In this document: positions 39,301 through 48,484 of the stretch, piece by piece
Layout: every line of letters begins with the position of its first letter
Position numbering within the stretch: position 1 is the stretch's first letter
Origin: an uncultured archaeon
GTDB lineage: Archaea > Asgardarchaeota > Lokiarchaeia > Sigyniarchaeales > SOKP01
Length of the DNA: 64,000 nucleotides
Direction: 5' to 3'
NCBI GenBank assembly: GCA_964388035.1
Contig: CAYLZE010000007.1
Coordinates: forward strand, 48,246-112,245
The notes under the pieces: model-generated
Seen by the model: the letters and a program-made list of their open reading frames with translations, nothing else
Told to the model about the DNA's origin: nothing
The model's database searches: none
Position numbers and translations under genes: made by a program

Positions 39301-39550
39301 AACTATTTAATGCTCTTATTACTCCTGTACCAGAAAAATTGGTTAAATTTTTTTCTTTATCATAAATATATTCAATAATTTCTTCACATAATAGAGAAAA
39401 GTCTGAAAATAATTCTATACTTTCTTTCTTTATTTCGCTTTCTCCTTGCTGCAACTTTTCTATAATTTCCATCCTTCTAATTGGCATTCCAATAAATGCT
39501 GAAGCGATACTTGTTTCTAAATCCTTAATAGTCACGTGTTTAAATCCCAT
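36356..39550 (-). CDS. Large cytoplasmic protein: several Ig-like (DUF11-like) beta-sandwiches interrupted by a ~400-aa coiled coil
   Basis: Repeated xxVxNxS..I..x.I.D/E.I/LP..F strand patterns; K/E-rich heptad region at residues ~150-555; no signal peptide or TM; GGAGG SD. Confidence 0.7.
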   Translation of the reverse strand: MGFKHVTIKDLETSIASAFIGMPIRRMEIIEKLQQGESEIKKESIELFSDFSLLCEEIIEYIYDKEKNLTNFSGTGVIRALNSSKKDRVWDSKLTLTGMNNINLEGGNTISLGNFEPRSTKNVNYSLIDTKELAPPLKLTETIEVTNVEIKKLRFENKEEEIEKIKKQTSKKQDELNEEIAKNFDTKLGKLKSDVSSKEEYYSDVMKQFNNISNQKEQLSNLIEQNENEINNIVQKKIELQIKYLKDLSESHPIEKEMDLKTLKVKNQEELSELNNRIEKTKINFQEKKNKIISDLNKEYDPQIKAIQLELDKNEKDLKDALEKADKLKQTNKDKKTLIKDLSKNQKSLLKDKSKELKNAEKEGLDSAEVEKKFQESLDDLEKKLESEESFYEKFNKELDQWEEKRKNLDNLVKQKRKIFEELVATKENLIDKEGRELSKLEDEEIKSLRNNVVIKEEFDKKIDSIINKHDTTLEEFRSKLNEMKKEYNKVCDQSSELFQEKNELESKIINLKNEVQDYEDKREFTLKEKLEEIYKEEDAKKSSFLEHVEKLESYEAKNKLLLLFNQKNSVKFTLKLENVSDSIITDIKLGKLFSEDFYDFKYKSDAVQGIEIENRTLFCTLNELKPGAKAEIIIFVEIYPSERKIISTGTVQISYLYKSQLISGLDIENFSGYSHVMHAMNLKEMEEEPNKWHCFLTFLNNSDFNILLKSINVVDENRKQNYLDLHFDSNDSTSIIHPGSQYESEGWMVESLKEPKFYRKLEYGVTYQIEKRSIVSLKFDDRYFDIADLRIDKKFSQHEIKSFEENVLQNVVMIKNLGTIAIKSMNLIEMIPSDFLPSFDSSEFQVRNSSGKISSNIIKVNIIPYDKDPTKSHQLELSLNLQKDSQSILMDVDDFLEIKYPLKAITPNHKKAYNFPLDYTIYFPYIHQHEKEAEILYYIIQSSVPSKLLPQLKVIHKRRDLLIGKEIFPGRELNEFGISVIVRNNSDVDVEEVIIKDTLSKSFKFISSNINYELEKSKAEKGDTILFTIEKIQPYQEKEIRYYVKKMDDKEIEYDELESFIFG

Positions 39551-39606
39551 AGGTTAATCCTCCATTTTTTTAAATTCTTGTCATTTTAAAAAATTGTTTT
39601 TTTAAT

Positions 39607-41757
39607 TTAAGATGCATCAATTGATTCTAGTTTCTCAAATACATGAGTAATTGAAGAAATGATGTTTGGCACATCAAGAACAATACAGATTGATCCATCA
39701 CCGGTAATCGTCACTCCCAATATTTCCTTAAAAGAAGAGTATTTTGATCTAAACGGTTTTATCACCAAATCCATTTGTTGCAGAATTTCATCTATTATGA
39801 ATATTGCTGAATCTTTTTCATCTTTATTACAATAGATTGCAATTTTTCCTTTAGATTCTGCATCGGATTTAACTCTTTCTTGTTTTTCATCATCTTTTGG
39901 AACTTCAGGACTTTCGATTGAAGGATCTGTTGTGAGAATTAAGTCCTCTATTTTTTCTTGTTCCATTTGTGTTGAAATATTTAAATATCGGTCTAATCTG
40001 ACGATGGGTACTAAATCAGAACCAAGACGGTAATATTCTTCACCTTTCACGTATTCTACCAACTCACGAGAAAAGAAATAAATTTGATTGATATTTTCAA
40101 TGGGAATCGCATAGAGATCTCCAGCCACTTTAAACATTTGAGCTTTTAAAATAGCTCTTGAAAAAGGCACGGTCAGCGAAAAGATAGTTCCTTTCCCAGG
40201 AGTAGAAGCTAAGTTAAGAGAACCTCCGAGTTCCTTGATTTTTTCGGCAACTATAGCAAGACCCATCCCTCTCCCCGAAATCAGATCTGCGCTGGATAAT
40301 GTTGAAAATCCGGGAGTGAATAACACTTTTTTAAGATCACTTTCGGAGAGTTCCGTTGCTTCTTCGGGGGTATATAATCCTAATTCTATTGCTTTAGTTC
40401 TTGTTCTTTCATAATCTATTCCCTTACCATCATCTTCTATTTGGATGATTACTGAACCGGCTCTTCTAAAGGTTTTAAGTTTAAGGTTCCCCATTCCCGA
40501 TTTTCCCAGGCTCCTTCTAATATCAGGGGTTTCAATTCCGTGATAAATAGCATTCCTTAAGAGATGAATCAAAGGACTATTTAATTGTTCAAGAATCTTC
40601 CTATCAATCTCTACATCCGTTCCTTCCAACAAGAATTTCACATTTTTATTCGTTTCTTTTGAAACATCCCGGACCAATCGTCTATATCTTCTAAATGCTG
40701 ATTCTACACGCACAAGTTTTAACTTAAAAATGATCTCTTGTATTTCTAAAAATAACTTATCCATGCTATCAAAGTAGCGATTCACCCCCCAATCTCCACG
40801 TGAAGAAAGAATTTGACTTAATTGATTTTTAATAATAATGACTTCTCCAAAATAATCCATGAGTTCTTCTAATGTTTCTATATTTACCTTAACAGACGTG
40901 ATTCTTCCCAATTCATCTTCAAAAGAACCAGTTGTGCTGGGAACTCTATCAATACCTTTTTGTTCAATGACTTGCTCTTCTCTCCGAGCATCTTTTTTCA
41001 ATTTAGAATTGGCCTCTAATAAAACATCTTTGAATTGCTTAGACGAAAGGGGTGCAATTGATTTATTTTCAATTTCTAAGATTTCATCTAACACTTGCGT
41101 TATTTTTTTCGAATCATGCTCCGTAAGATAATAGATTGCCAATTTGAGGTCAAACTGACCATTTTCTAATAAATATGGTTCTGGATCACTCCAATATATT
41201 TGACCAATCTCATTTAACGCCCTAAAAATAATAAACAATCTAACTTTTTTAAATACGCAGGTAGATTGTAATTCTATTGTTATTTTATAAAACCTATTTT
41301 TTTTATTGGTGGTCAATGAGTCTATTTGATCATTGGGAATGGTTTTAATAAAGGTAATTTCATAATCCGATTGAAATTCTTCAAATCCTTCTTTTAATTC
41401 TTTAACCATTCTATCATCTATATCTTTAATTTCTCCTGCCTTGGCCTGCTTAGTTACAAGTCTCAAAACATCTAGACTTTCGAACATCAATTCTACTATT
41501 TCCCGGGATTTATTGGCTGATACTTCTTCTTCCTTTGCTTTATCAAGTAAATTCTCAAAATTATGACAAAATTCGGAGAGATTGTCTAATCCGACCATGG
41601 CAGTCATTCCTTTTAATGTATGGAATGTAAAATATAAATTCTGGATTGCTTTTTTATTATCTGGATTTTCCTCTAAATTTAACACGTTATCTTCAATAGT
41701 CTGAACTAAATCTTCTGTCTCCGAAAGGAAGATTTTCATATCTTCATTTGACGCCAT
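39607..41757 (-). CDS. cheA: Chemotaxis histidine kinase CheA
   Basis: Hpt FHTLKGM, P2 domain, HLLRNAIYHGIE, EDDGKGID, PGFST, SGRGMGL, C-terminal CheW-like P5 domain. Confidence 0.97.
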   Translation of the reverse strand: MASNEDMKIFLSETEDLVQTIEDNVLNLEENPDNKKAIQNLYFTFHTLKGMTAMVGLDNLSEFCHNFENLLDKAKEEEVSANKSREIVELMFESLDVLRLVTKQAKAGEIKDIDDRMVKELKEGFEEFQSDYEITFIKTIPNDQIDSLTTNKKNRFYKITIELQSTCVFKKVRLFIIFRALNEIGQIYWSDPEPYLLENGQFDLKLAIYYLTEHDSKKITQVLDEILEIENKSIAPLSSKQFKDVLLEANSKLKKDARREEQVIEQKGIDRVPSTTGSFEDELGRITSVKVNIETLEELMDYFGEVIIIKNQLSQILSSRGDWGVNRYFDSMDKLFLEIQEIIFKLKLVRVESAFRRYRRLVRDVSKETNKNVKFLLEGTDVEIDRKILEQLNSPLIHLLRNAIYHGIETPDIRRSLGKSGMGNLKLKTFRRAGSVIIQIEDDGKGIDYERTRTKAIELGLYTPEEATELSESDLKKVLFTPGFSTLSSADLISGRGMGLAIVAEKIKELGGSLNLASTPGKGTIFSLTVPFSRAILKAQMFKVAGDLYAIPIENINQIYFFSRELVEYVKGEEYYRLGSDLVPIVRLDRYLNISTQMEQEKIEDLILTTDPSIESPEVPKDDEKQERVKSDAESKGKIAIYCNKDEKDSAIFIIDEILQQMDLVIKPFRSKYSSFKEILGVTITGDGSICIVLDVPNIISSITHVFEKLESIDAS

Positions 41758-41799
41758 ATCTTACATCAACTCTTTTATTTACCTATTAATTCTTATTTT

Positions 41800-42177
41800 T
41801 TATTTTTTTAACAATCTTTCCAAGACTTCCTCTACTTGTTCATTTTTAAAAGGTTTTTGAATAAAATCTTTAGCACCTTTTTTTGCTGCTTCTAACACTA
41901 ATGCTTCCTGACCCAATGCAGACACCACCACAATGATTGCATTTTTATCAAGCTTTAACAATTCTTCAGTAGTCTCTATTCCCCCTTTTTCAGGCATAAC
42001 TAAATCCATGGTGACCAAATCAGGCTTCAACTTTTTATATAGTGTAATGGCCTCATTCCCATTTACAGCCTCTCCCACCACTTCAGTATAAGCCGTATTA
42101 TCTATAATTTTCTTTAACATGTTGCGGGTGAAAGCAGCATCGTCCACGATAAGAACCCTTTTTTTGTTATTTGACAT
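41800..42177 (-). CDS. cheY: Chemotaxis response regulator CheY
   Basis: VLIVDDAAF.R, PDLVTMDLVMP, SALGQ, GAKDFIQKPF (Bacillus/archaeal type). Confidence 0.97.
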   Translation of the reverse strand: MSNNKKRVLIVDDAAFTRNMLKKIIDNTAYTEVVGEAVNGNEAITLYKKLKPDLVTMDLVMPEKGGIETTEELLKLDKNAIIVVVSALGQEALVLEAAKKGAKDFIQKPFKNEQVEEVLERLLKK

Positions 42178-42231
42178 TTTTGTTAACGCCTCTATTTATT
42201 GATTTTTATTTTTTATGGTTTTTAATTTAAA

Positions 42232-42753
42232 TTAAATAATAGATTTTTGATCTTGTTGAAGAGAAATTTGTTCTGCTTCTGATAATATTTCGCGTAAATC
42301 TATGAGAATTCTCGGTCTATCCTTGAATTTAACCACGCTTTTTATGTATTTAATATCACTAAGACCCGTCTGAAAAATTGGACTCAGTCCAACCAAGTCT
42401 TTTCTGGTGATGTGAGAAACCTTAATGATCCGATCTACATAGAAGCCAATTTGCATGTCCCGTATATTCACTATAATGATAAATTTCTTTCCTGAATCGT
42501 TTTTATCGTTTAAATTTTGAGCTTTATAAATGTCATAATCATCCAAATTCAATTTCTTTTTTAAATTAATAATGTGAATGATATTACCCCTGTAATTGTA
42601 AATACCTTCTATAAAATCTAGGCTCTTGGGTAATCTTCTAATTTGCCCGGTTTGAATAATTTCTTTAACATCCAAAAGATCTATCACAAATTCCTCCCAT
42701 CCTACTTTAAAAATAATTAAGGAAATCTGTTCTTCAAGCTGTTGTTCTCCCAT
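42232..42753 (-). CDS. cheW: Chemotaxis coupling protein CheW
   Basis: IIFKVG.EEF.ID...VKEII, LPKS.DFIEGI.N.RGNII.IINL, GFYVDRI. Confidence 0.95.
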   Translation of the reverse strand: MGEQQLEEQISLIIFKVGWEEFVIDLLDVKEIIQTGQIRRLPKSLDFIEGIYNYRGNIIHIINLKKKLNLDDYDIYKAQNLNDKNDSGKKFIIIVNIRDMQIGFYVDRIIKVSHITRKDLVGLSPIFQTGLSDIKYIKSVVKFKDRPRILIDLREILSEAEQISLQQDQKSII

Positions 42754-42993
42754 TTTCTATACCATCCTTAAATTTTACTCAATTATTATTATTAAATTTT
42801 AAATTATTCTCATTTTATTTCTTGATAAATTTTTCAACCATAATCAATTCTTTATTTCAATAATCTTAAATTTCATTTCTACAAAATATTTTTATCCACA
42901 TTATCCAATAAAATAAAATATAAATGGAAATTAATCCAAATTTAAAAAAATTTTTTTCATTCGATGAACCTGAGGTCCATCCTTATTTATTAA

Positions 42994-43989
42994 TCATTTT
43001 GTTACCTTTGCTTCAGCACTTGCTTTCTGTTCAACAGCATGAATATCCAATGTTTTCTTCAACTCATCTGCTAAAGTACCGAGTCTATTAGCGGTAGCTG
43101 CGATGTCATCCATAGATGCTTTTTGTTGATCTGTTGCCTTCATAACTGCCTCGATGTTTTCTTCATTTTCTTCTTCATGATGTTCGACATCTTCAATCTC
43201 CTGAGTAACTGCATCAATGGCAGTGGTAGTTCCTTCGATTAAACTTTCAATAAGGTCTATATTTTTTGATGATTTAGAAACCGATCCTTTTGATTCTTCC
43301 GCGAGCTTTCTTACTTCATCGGCTACTACTGCAAATCCACGACCATGCTCCCCCGCCCTTCCCGCTTCAATGCTTGCATTAAGGGCTAACAGATCCGTTT
43401 GTTCAGATATTTTTGTAATGATTTCCATGACTTGATCAATATCTTTAGTATGGGTGATTATTTCATGAGCATTTTTATCGATGGTTTCTGAGTGACTCTC
43501 TATTTCTTTTAAGGCCTTTACTTGTGCCACGGTTGCATTATCTAATTTATGCATCCTTTCGGTGATTTCACCTGCTGTTGCGTCAACCTGTGTAGCACTT
43601 GCAGATAATTCTGCTGCGATGCTGGACACATTAATAGCGACTTCTTCGGCATGATCAACGATAGATTCCATGGAAAATTCTTTTTGTGCAAGTTCTTCCA
43701 TTGTTTGAATTAATCTATATTCAATCATAACAACTAATCCTGTAGATAAGATTAGAACTGCTGATGCTAAACTCATCAGATCAGAAATTACATCTGCCAT
43801 TCCTGCTTCAGTAAAAATTGCTATTCCATTCCATCCAAATCCAATGGTGAGATTCAAGAATAAAATCATAATTAAAAGCCGACTCAAGCTACTAGTATTG
43901 CGTCGATATGCATCGATCATTAACATAGCACTAATGCCAAAAAAGACAGCTCCCATAATAAACATTAGACCTGAAAATACATCTACCAT
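42994..43989 (-). CDS. Methyl-accepting chemotaxis protein with a 3-TM N-terminus
   Basis: [40 protein letters not shown] hairpin tip; three N-terminal TM helices. Confidence 0.95.
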   Translation of the reverse strand: MVDVFSGLMFIMGAVFFGISAMLMIDAYRRNTSSLSRLLIMILFLNLTIGFGWNGIAIFTEAGMADVISDLMSLASAVLILSTGLVVMIEYRLIQTMEELAQKEFSMESIVDHAEEVAINVSSIAAELSASATQVDATAGEITERMHKLDNATVAQVKALKEIESHSETIDKNAHEIITHTKDIDQVMEIITKISEQTDLLALNASIEAGRAGEHGRGFAVVADEVRKLAEESKGSVSKSSKNIDLIESLIEGTTTAIDAVTQEIEDVEHHEEENEENIEAVMKATDQQKASMDDIAATANRLGTLADELKKTLDIHAVEQKASAEAKVTK

Positions 43990-43990
43990 G

Positions 43991-44311
43991 TTATTTACCT
44001 CCTCTTACGGATGATTCTTGAGTTGTCGTTTCGGTTTTCTTTAAAGCCACACGCCTATAATATACGACCCCGACCAGGGAAAATATTCCCGCGAGAAAGA
44101 AACATAATGCTTCTACTGTGGGATTGCCAAGATACATGAATAAAACTGAACCAGCCATCGAAAGGAATGTGAGAAGAAATATGCGCAATTCAGGTTTTCT
44201 ATAAGCATTGATTATAAATATAATGATCCCTAAGATGTAATAGATTAAAACCATTGGATCTATAAATGCCATTATTGCTGATTCTTCAGCTGTTGCTGTT
44301 TGTAATATCAT
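43991..44311 (-). CDS. Small 3-TM membrane protein, translationally coupled to the MCP
   Basis: Three hydrophobic helices; GGAGGTAAA-TAA-C-ATG junction to the MCP; GAGGTG SD. Confidence 0.8.
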   Translation of the reverse strand: MILQTATAEESAIMAFIDPMVLIYYILGIIIFIINAYRKPELRIFLLTFLSMAGSVLFMYLGNPTVEALCFFLAGIFSLVGVVYYRRVALKKTETTTQESSVRGGK

Positions 44312-45046
44312 AAGTTACACCTCTTTTTTTTAGTCTTACCATTTTTACTCCTTTTATTTTAATTTATTATAAGGATATTATTTTTGTTGTCAAAAAAAAT
44401 TACGAGTTATAATTTTTTATATACAAAACACAAGAAATTCTATTTAAATGTTTCCTTTAGAATAACTATTAAATTTTAAAATATCAATTCTTTCTCAATA
44501 GAAAATAGATATTAAAGGTAGTAGGTAAAAGGGAAAAATGTGATAAAATTATTTTTTTAATATTCTAAAAATATTTTTGGAAATAATTTTGTAATAAAAA
44601 AGAAGTTTTGTACAAAAAAAGGTAAAATTGATTGATAATCTTTTTTTCCTTATCATTTAATTAATGCTTATTTTCATTAGGATTTTTGATTCAATGAAGT
44701 GAACCTTTCAAAAATATATAAATTATTAAGCAGAAACCATTATATAATCATTAATTTTTTGCTTCTAATATACTTCAGATTACCATGCGAATATTACCTT
44801 TTTTATGAGCGAAAGCTTGAAAGTCAATTTTGTGATTAATAATTAAATTTTTTAAAAAAAAGATATAAAAAAACCTAACTTTTTTCATTCAAACTTTACT
44901 TGTGTTAAAAAAAAGAGCGTTCAACTTGAGCATATAAATTTTTTTGAATACTTTTGATAGTAAATTCATTACATTAATAAAATCATAAAGAAAGTTTATT
45001 AAATAAATGTTGAATATTAATATATTAGAAAATATTAAGTTATATA

Positions 45047-45313
45047 ATGACTGAAGAAAAAAAGTTGGAAATTGAAAACAATATTAATAGGAAATTACTT
45101 CTCATAAAAAAAACATTGAAAAATATAGAGGAAATTTTCATTTTATTCAAACCCCTTTTTGAAAAAATCATTGAACTCGAGGAATCTGAGGAATTTATAA
45201 GAGATGGATCATTTCTTCGAGTATCATCATTATTTGGAGAGATTTCGAAGGATTTTAAAGAAATGGGGGGATTACCGATTTCCAAGGAATTTTTAGAAAG
45301 TCTTTTAAATTAA
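45047..45313 (+). CDS. Small helical hypothetical protein
   Basis: 88-aa ORF with ATG after an AT-rich promoter-like region; typical composition. Confidence 0.6.
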   Translation: MTEEKKLEIENNINRKLLLIKKTLKNIEEIFILFKPLFEKIIELEESEEFIRDGSFLRVSSLFGEISKDFKEMGGLPISKEFLESLLN

Positions 45314-45509
45314 AATTTAAATTGGGTTTTTTGAATAATTCTCTTTCTATAATATTTCATGCTTCCTCTTACCAATTTTTATAAATAATTTGAAGATTAT
45401 TTAATTACCTATTCAATAATAGTTACAGCATGAGCTTTAATTAATGTTGAATTAATAGATTAGTTATAACATCCTTCATTATGATTTATTCAAGTCAAGA
45501 AAATTATAA

Positions 45510-46160
45510 ATGGTAAAATCAACCATGAGTAAATTTGATACTTTATCAAACAGACTATTTTCCAAAGTTGCAGGGGGTATTTATGGATTAATTTCTTCTG
45601 TTATCGCGGGATTAGGAGATATACTATCACTTCAATTTTTTCCCAATTATAGTATTGTTAATGACATGGTTTCAGAGTTAGGGATAACCAGTGGCGGTAT
45701 TTTTTTTAATTTTGGTCTTATTATTTCCGGATTAATTGGTCTCGCTTTTTATTATTCGCTAAGTAAAGTTTTCTTAAAAGAAAATCGATTGATAAGAAAA
45801 TGTGCTTTAATTTCCTCTTATTTATCTTGCATTACGTTTTCTTTAATCGGAGTATTTCCGGCTTACCAGGAAAAAGAATTAATTCTCTCGCTATATTTGC
45901 ACGGCACATTTGCTGCCTTGAGTTGGATAACGGGCAGCATGTATTGCTTCTTTTTTAGTATATTGATGATGAGGAATAAATTCTATACTAATTATTTAGC
46001 TTATTATGGATTTTTCTGTTCCGCTTTATTTATTATTCTTCTTCTGACTTGGATACCAATTTTAGAATGGAGTCTCTCGTTTGCTATTTTTGGATATGTT
46101 ATTTTTAATTCGATATATCTCATAAAAATAAACACTGAAGAATTCTCTAATTCTTCATAA
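45510..46160 (+). CDS. DUF998/Frag1-DRAM-Sfk1-like membrane protein
   Basis: YSIVNDMVSELG, FNFGLIISG, LIGVFP, LHGTFA, ILEW motifs; 5-6 TM. Confidence 0.75.
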   Translation: MVKSTMSKFDTLSNRLFSKVAGGIYGLISSVIAGLGDILSLQFFPNYSIVNDMVSELGITSGGIFFNFGLIISGLIGLAFYYSLSKVFLKENRLIRKCALISSYLSCITFSLIGVFPAYQEKELILSLYLHGTFAALSWITGSMYCFFFSILMMRNKFYTNYLAYYGFFCSALFIILLLTWIPILEWSLSFAIFGYVIFNSIYLIKINTEEFSNSS

Positions 46161-46246
46161 ATCAATCCAACCATTTTATTAATAAATTTAAAGAATATAT
46201 TAATTAATTTACTTAGATTATGAAAAATAGTAATATAATTTAATGG

Positions 46247-46927
46247 GTGATAATCATGAAAATTGAAGAATTAGAAATAACTAAGAATTTGATCATAAAT
46301 GAGTCGGATGCATTGCTTATTGTAGATATGCAATATGATTTCATGCCAGGGGGGGCTTTGCCTGTAGAAGGGGGAGATCAAATTATTGCTCCAATAAATG
46401 AGATTGAAAAAATTTTCAAGGAAAAAGGGTGTCTTATTGTTTTAACTCAAGATTGGCATCCAAAAGAACATTTATCCTTTGCGAGCAATCATCCTGGGAA
46501 AAAACCAGGAGATTCATTCCAAACAGAGGCAATAGGCCCCATTTTATGGCCGGATCATTGCGTACAAGGTTCAAAAGGCGCTGACTTTCATAATAAACTT
46601 GAAACAAAGTTAGCTCAAGCAATTATTCGAAAGGGTTATAGACCCATGGTAGACAGCTATTCAGGATTTTTGGAAAATGATAAGAAAACGGAAACAGGTT
46701 TATCAGGATATCTGAAATCTCGAAAGATCAAACGTTTGTTTATATGTGGATTGGCATTGGATTATTGCTGTTATTTCACTGCCTTGGATGGAATCTCTTT
46801 TGGTTTTGATATGGTATTTCTCATCGATATGACACGAGGTATAGATCAACCGGAAGATAATATTTCAAAGTCTTTAGAAAATATGATTTTAAAAGGTATA
46901 AAATTTGCCAATAAAGATAGTTTTTAA
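46247..46927 (+). CDS. pncA: Nicotinamidase/pyrazinamidase
   Basis: VDMQYDFMPGGALPV, TQDWHP..H.SFAS, WPDHCVQG, RKG...DSYSGF, GLALDYC. Confidence 0.95.
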   Translation: MIIMKIEELEITKNLIINESDALLIVDMQYDFMPGGALPVEGGDQIIAPINEIEKIFKEKGCLIVLTQDWHPKEHLSFASNHPGKKPGDSFQTEAIGPILWPDHCVQGSKGADFHNKLETKLAQAIIRKGYRPMVDSYSGFLENDKKTETGLSGYLKSRKIKRLFICGLALDYCCYFTALDGISFGFDMVFLIDMTRGIDQPEDNISKSLENMILKGIKFANKDSF

Positions 46928-47045
46928 CATTTTTTCTCTCTCGTTCAAATCTTTATTTTATATTACCAATTAACTATTTAAGATTTTAAAGGATTTTACA
47001 TTATTTTTAATTAGCATTTATTTTAATCAAATTAAAAAAAAGTTA

Positions 47046-47525
47046 ATGAGAAAAGATTCTTTCCCTTTTAAAAGCATATTAGTGGCTTGTAGTGTAAATA
47101 CGGCTCGCAGTCCCATGGCAGAGGGATATTTGAAGGAATACATTTCCAGAAAAGGCATGGATGTACAGATTCAATCAGGGGGAATCGCTTCTAACGCTAG
47201 AGATGGAATGTTAATCTCTTTAGATGCCCGATTAGCCATGAAAGAAGATGGTATTTTACTCCCCGAAGATTCCTTATCAGTTGATTTAAAAAAACACTCC
47301 GAAATTATAGATCAAGCAGATTTAATATTGACTTTAACAGAGCAGCATAAAACGGAAATACTGCACCATGTAAAATACAATAATAAAGTAATCCTTACAT
47401 TGAGAGAATTCGCGGGAGAATGCGGTGATATAGAAGATCCCTCCATGAAAGGAATTGAAGGATTTCGCATCGTAAGGGATGAGATCAAAGAATGTTTGAT
47501 CAAGGGGTTAGGAAAATTCTTTTAG
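47046..47525 (+). CDS. Low-molecular-weight protein phosphatase (LMW-PTP / YwlE-like)
   Basis: P-loop CSVNTARSPMAE, ADLILTLT..HK, TLREF...DIEDP. Confidence 0.88.
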   Translation: MRKDSFPFKSILVACSVNTARSPMAEGYLKEYISRKGMDVQIQSGGIASNARDGMLISLDARLAMKEDGILLPEDSLSVDLKKHSEIIDQADLILTLTEQHKTEILHHVKYNNKVILTLREFAGECGDIEDPSMKGIEGFRIVRDEIKECLIKGLGKFF

Positions 47526-47621
47526 TTTCCTTTTAAAGTATAGAAATAATAGTAAAATTTGAAATCTCATTTAACATTTATAGTTTATACGAGAACGAGA
47601 AATATCGCAAAATAAGAAGAA

Positions 47622-48476
47622 ATGCTGATTGAATATATTATTATAGCAATTTTACAAGGTCTCTTGGAATGGCTACCCATTTCATCATCGGGGCAAGTGA
47701 TGATCGTTGCAATGACCCTTTTAAACCTGCCTCCTGATGAAGCTTTTAGCTTATCAATTTGGCTTCACTTAGGTACAACTATTGCGGTGATTGTAAAATT
47801 TAGGACCAATTGCTTAAATATGATTAAAACTATCCTTCCTAAAAGAATAGATTATCAAAAAGAAGATGTGAGTAGGAGAAATTGGTTAATATTTGGTACG
47901 ATAGGTTCAGTAATCACGGCAATTCCTTTTTATTTTTTCTTTAAATTCGTGATAGGGCAAGGTTTTGGAGCATTTGAAGGAGATCTTGTTACTTTAATTA
48001 TCTCTGGATTATTGGTCATCACGGGAATTTTGCTCATCAGGTCAAGTAGAATATTTGGAACAAGGGATTTTTCCATTCTATCTAAGGAGGAAATTAGAAG
48101 AGATAGCTTTTTAGCGGGATTGATGCAAGGTTTAGCCATTCTTCCTGGAATATCTCGTTCGGGAGTAACTACTTCGACAATATTATTCGAAAATCATCAA
48201 AAAGATACCGCTTTAAGATTAAGTTTTTTAATGTCCATTCCGGTTACTTTTGGTGCCATTCTCTTTGATATTATTTTTGGGGAAGGCTCAGTATTTGGAA
48301 TATTAAATCCAATTATCATTTTAATAATCACTGCAATTAGCTTCATTGTTGGATATTTATCCATTGAAATATTGCTTAGAATAGTTAAAAAGGTTCAATT
48401 TGGCTATTTTTGTATCTTATATGGAATTATTTCATTTATAGTTATCATACCTTTTTATATCATATCTCCTCTATAG
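47622..48476 (+). CDS. uppP: Undecaprenyl/polyprenyl-diphosphate phosphatase (BacA/UppP)
   Basis: QGLLEWLPISSSG, LHLGT, QGLAILPGISRSG.T, SFLMSIP. Confidence 0.93.
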   Translation: MLIEYIIIAILQGLLEWLPISSSGQVMIVAMTLLNLPPDEAFSLSIWLHLGTTIAVIVKFRTNCLNMIKTILPKRIDYQKEDVSRRNWLIFGTIGSVITAIPFYFFFKFVIGQGFGAFEGDLVTLIISGLLVITGILLIRSSRIFGTRDFSILSKEEIRRDSFLAGLMQGLAILPGISRSGVTTSTILFENHQKDTALRLSFLMSIPVTFGAILFDIIFGEGSVFGILNPIIILIITAISFIVGYLSIEILLRIVKKVQFGYFCILYGIISFIVIIPFYIISPL

Positions 48477-48484
48477 AAAAGATG

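Noticed and set aside
36356-39550. SMC/Rad50 annotation for the 1064-aa protein
   Set aside because: No Walker A/B, signature motif, hinge or Zn hook; only the coiled coil is similar.
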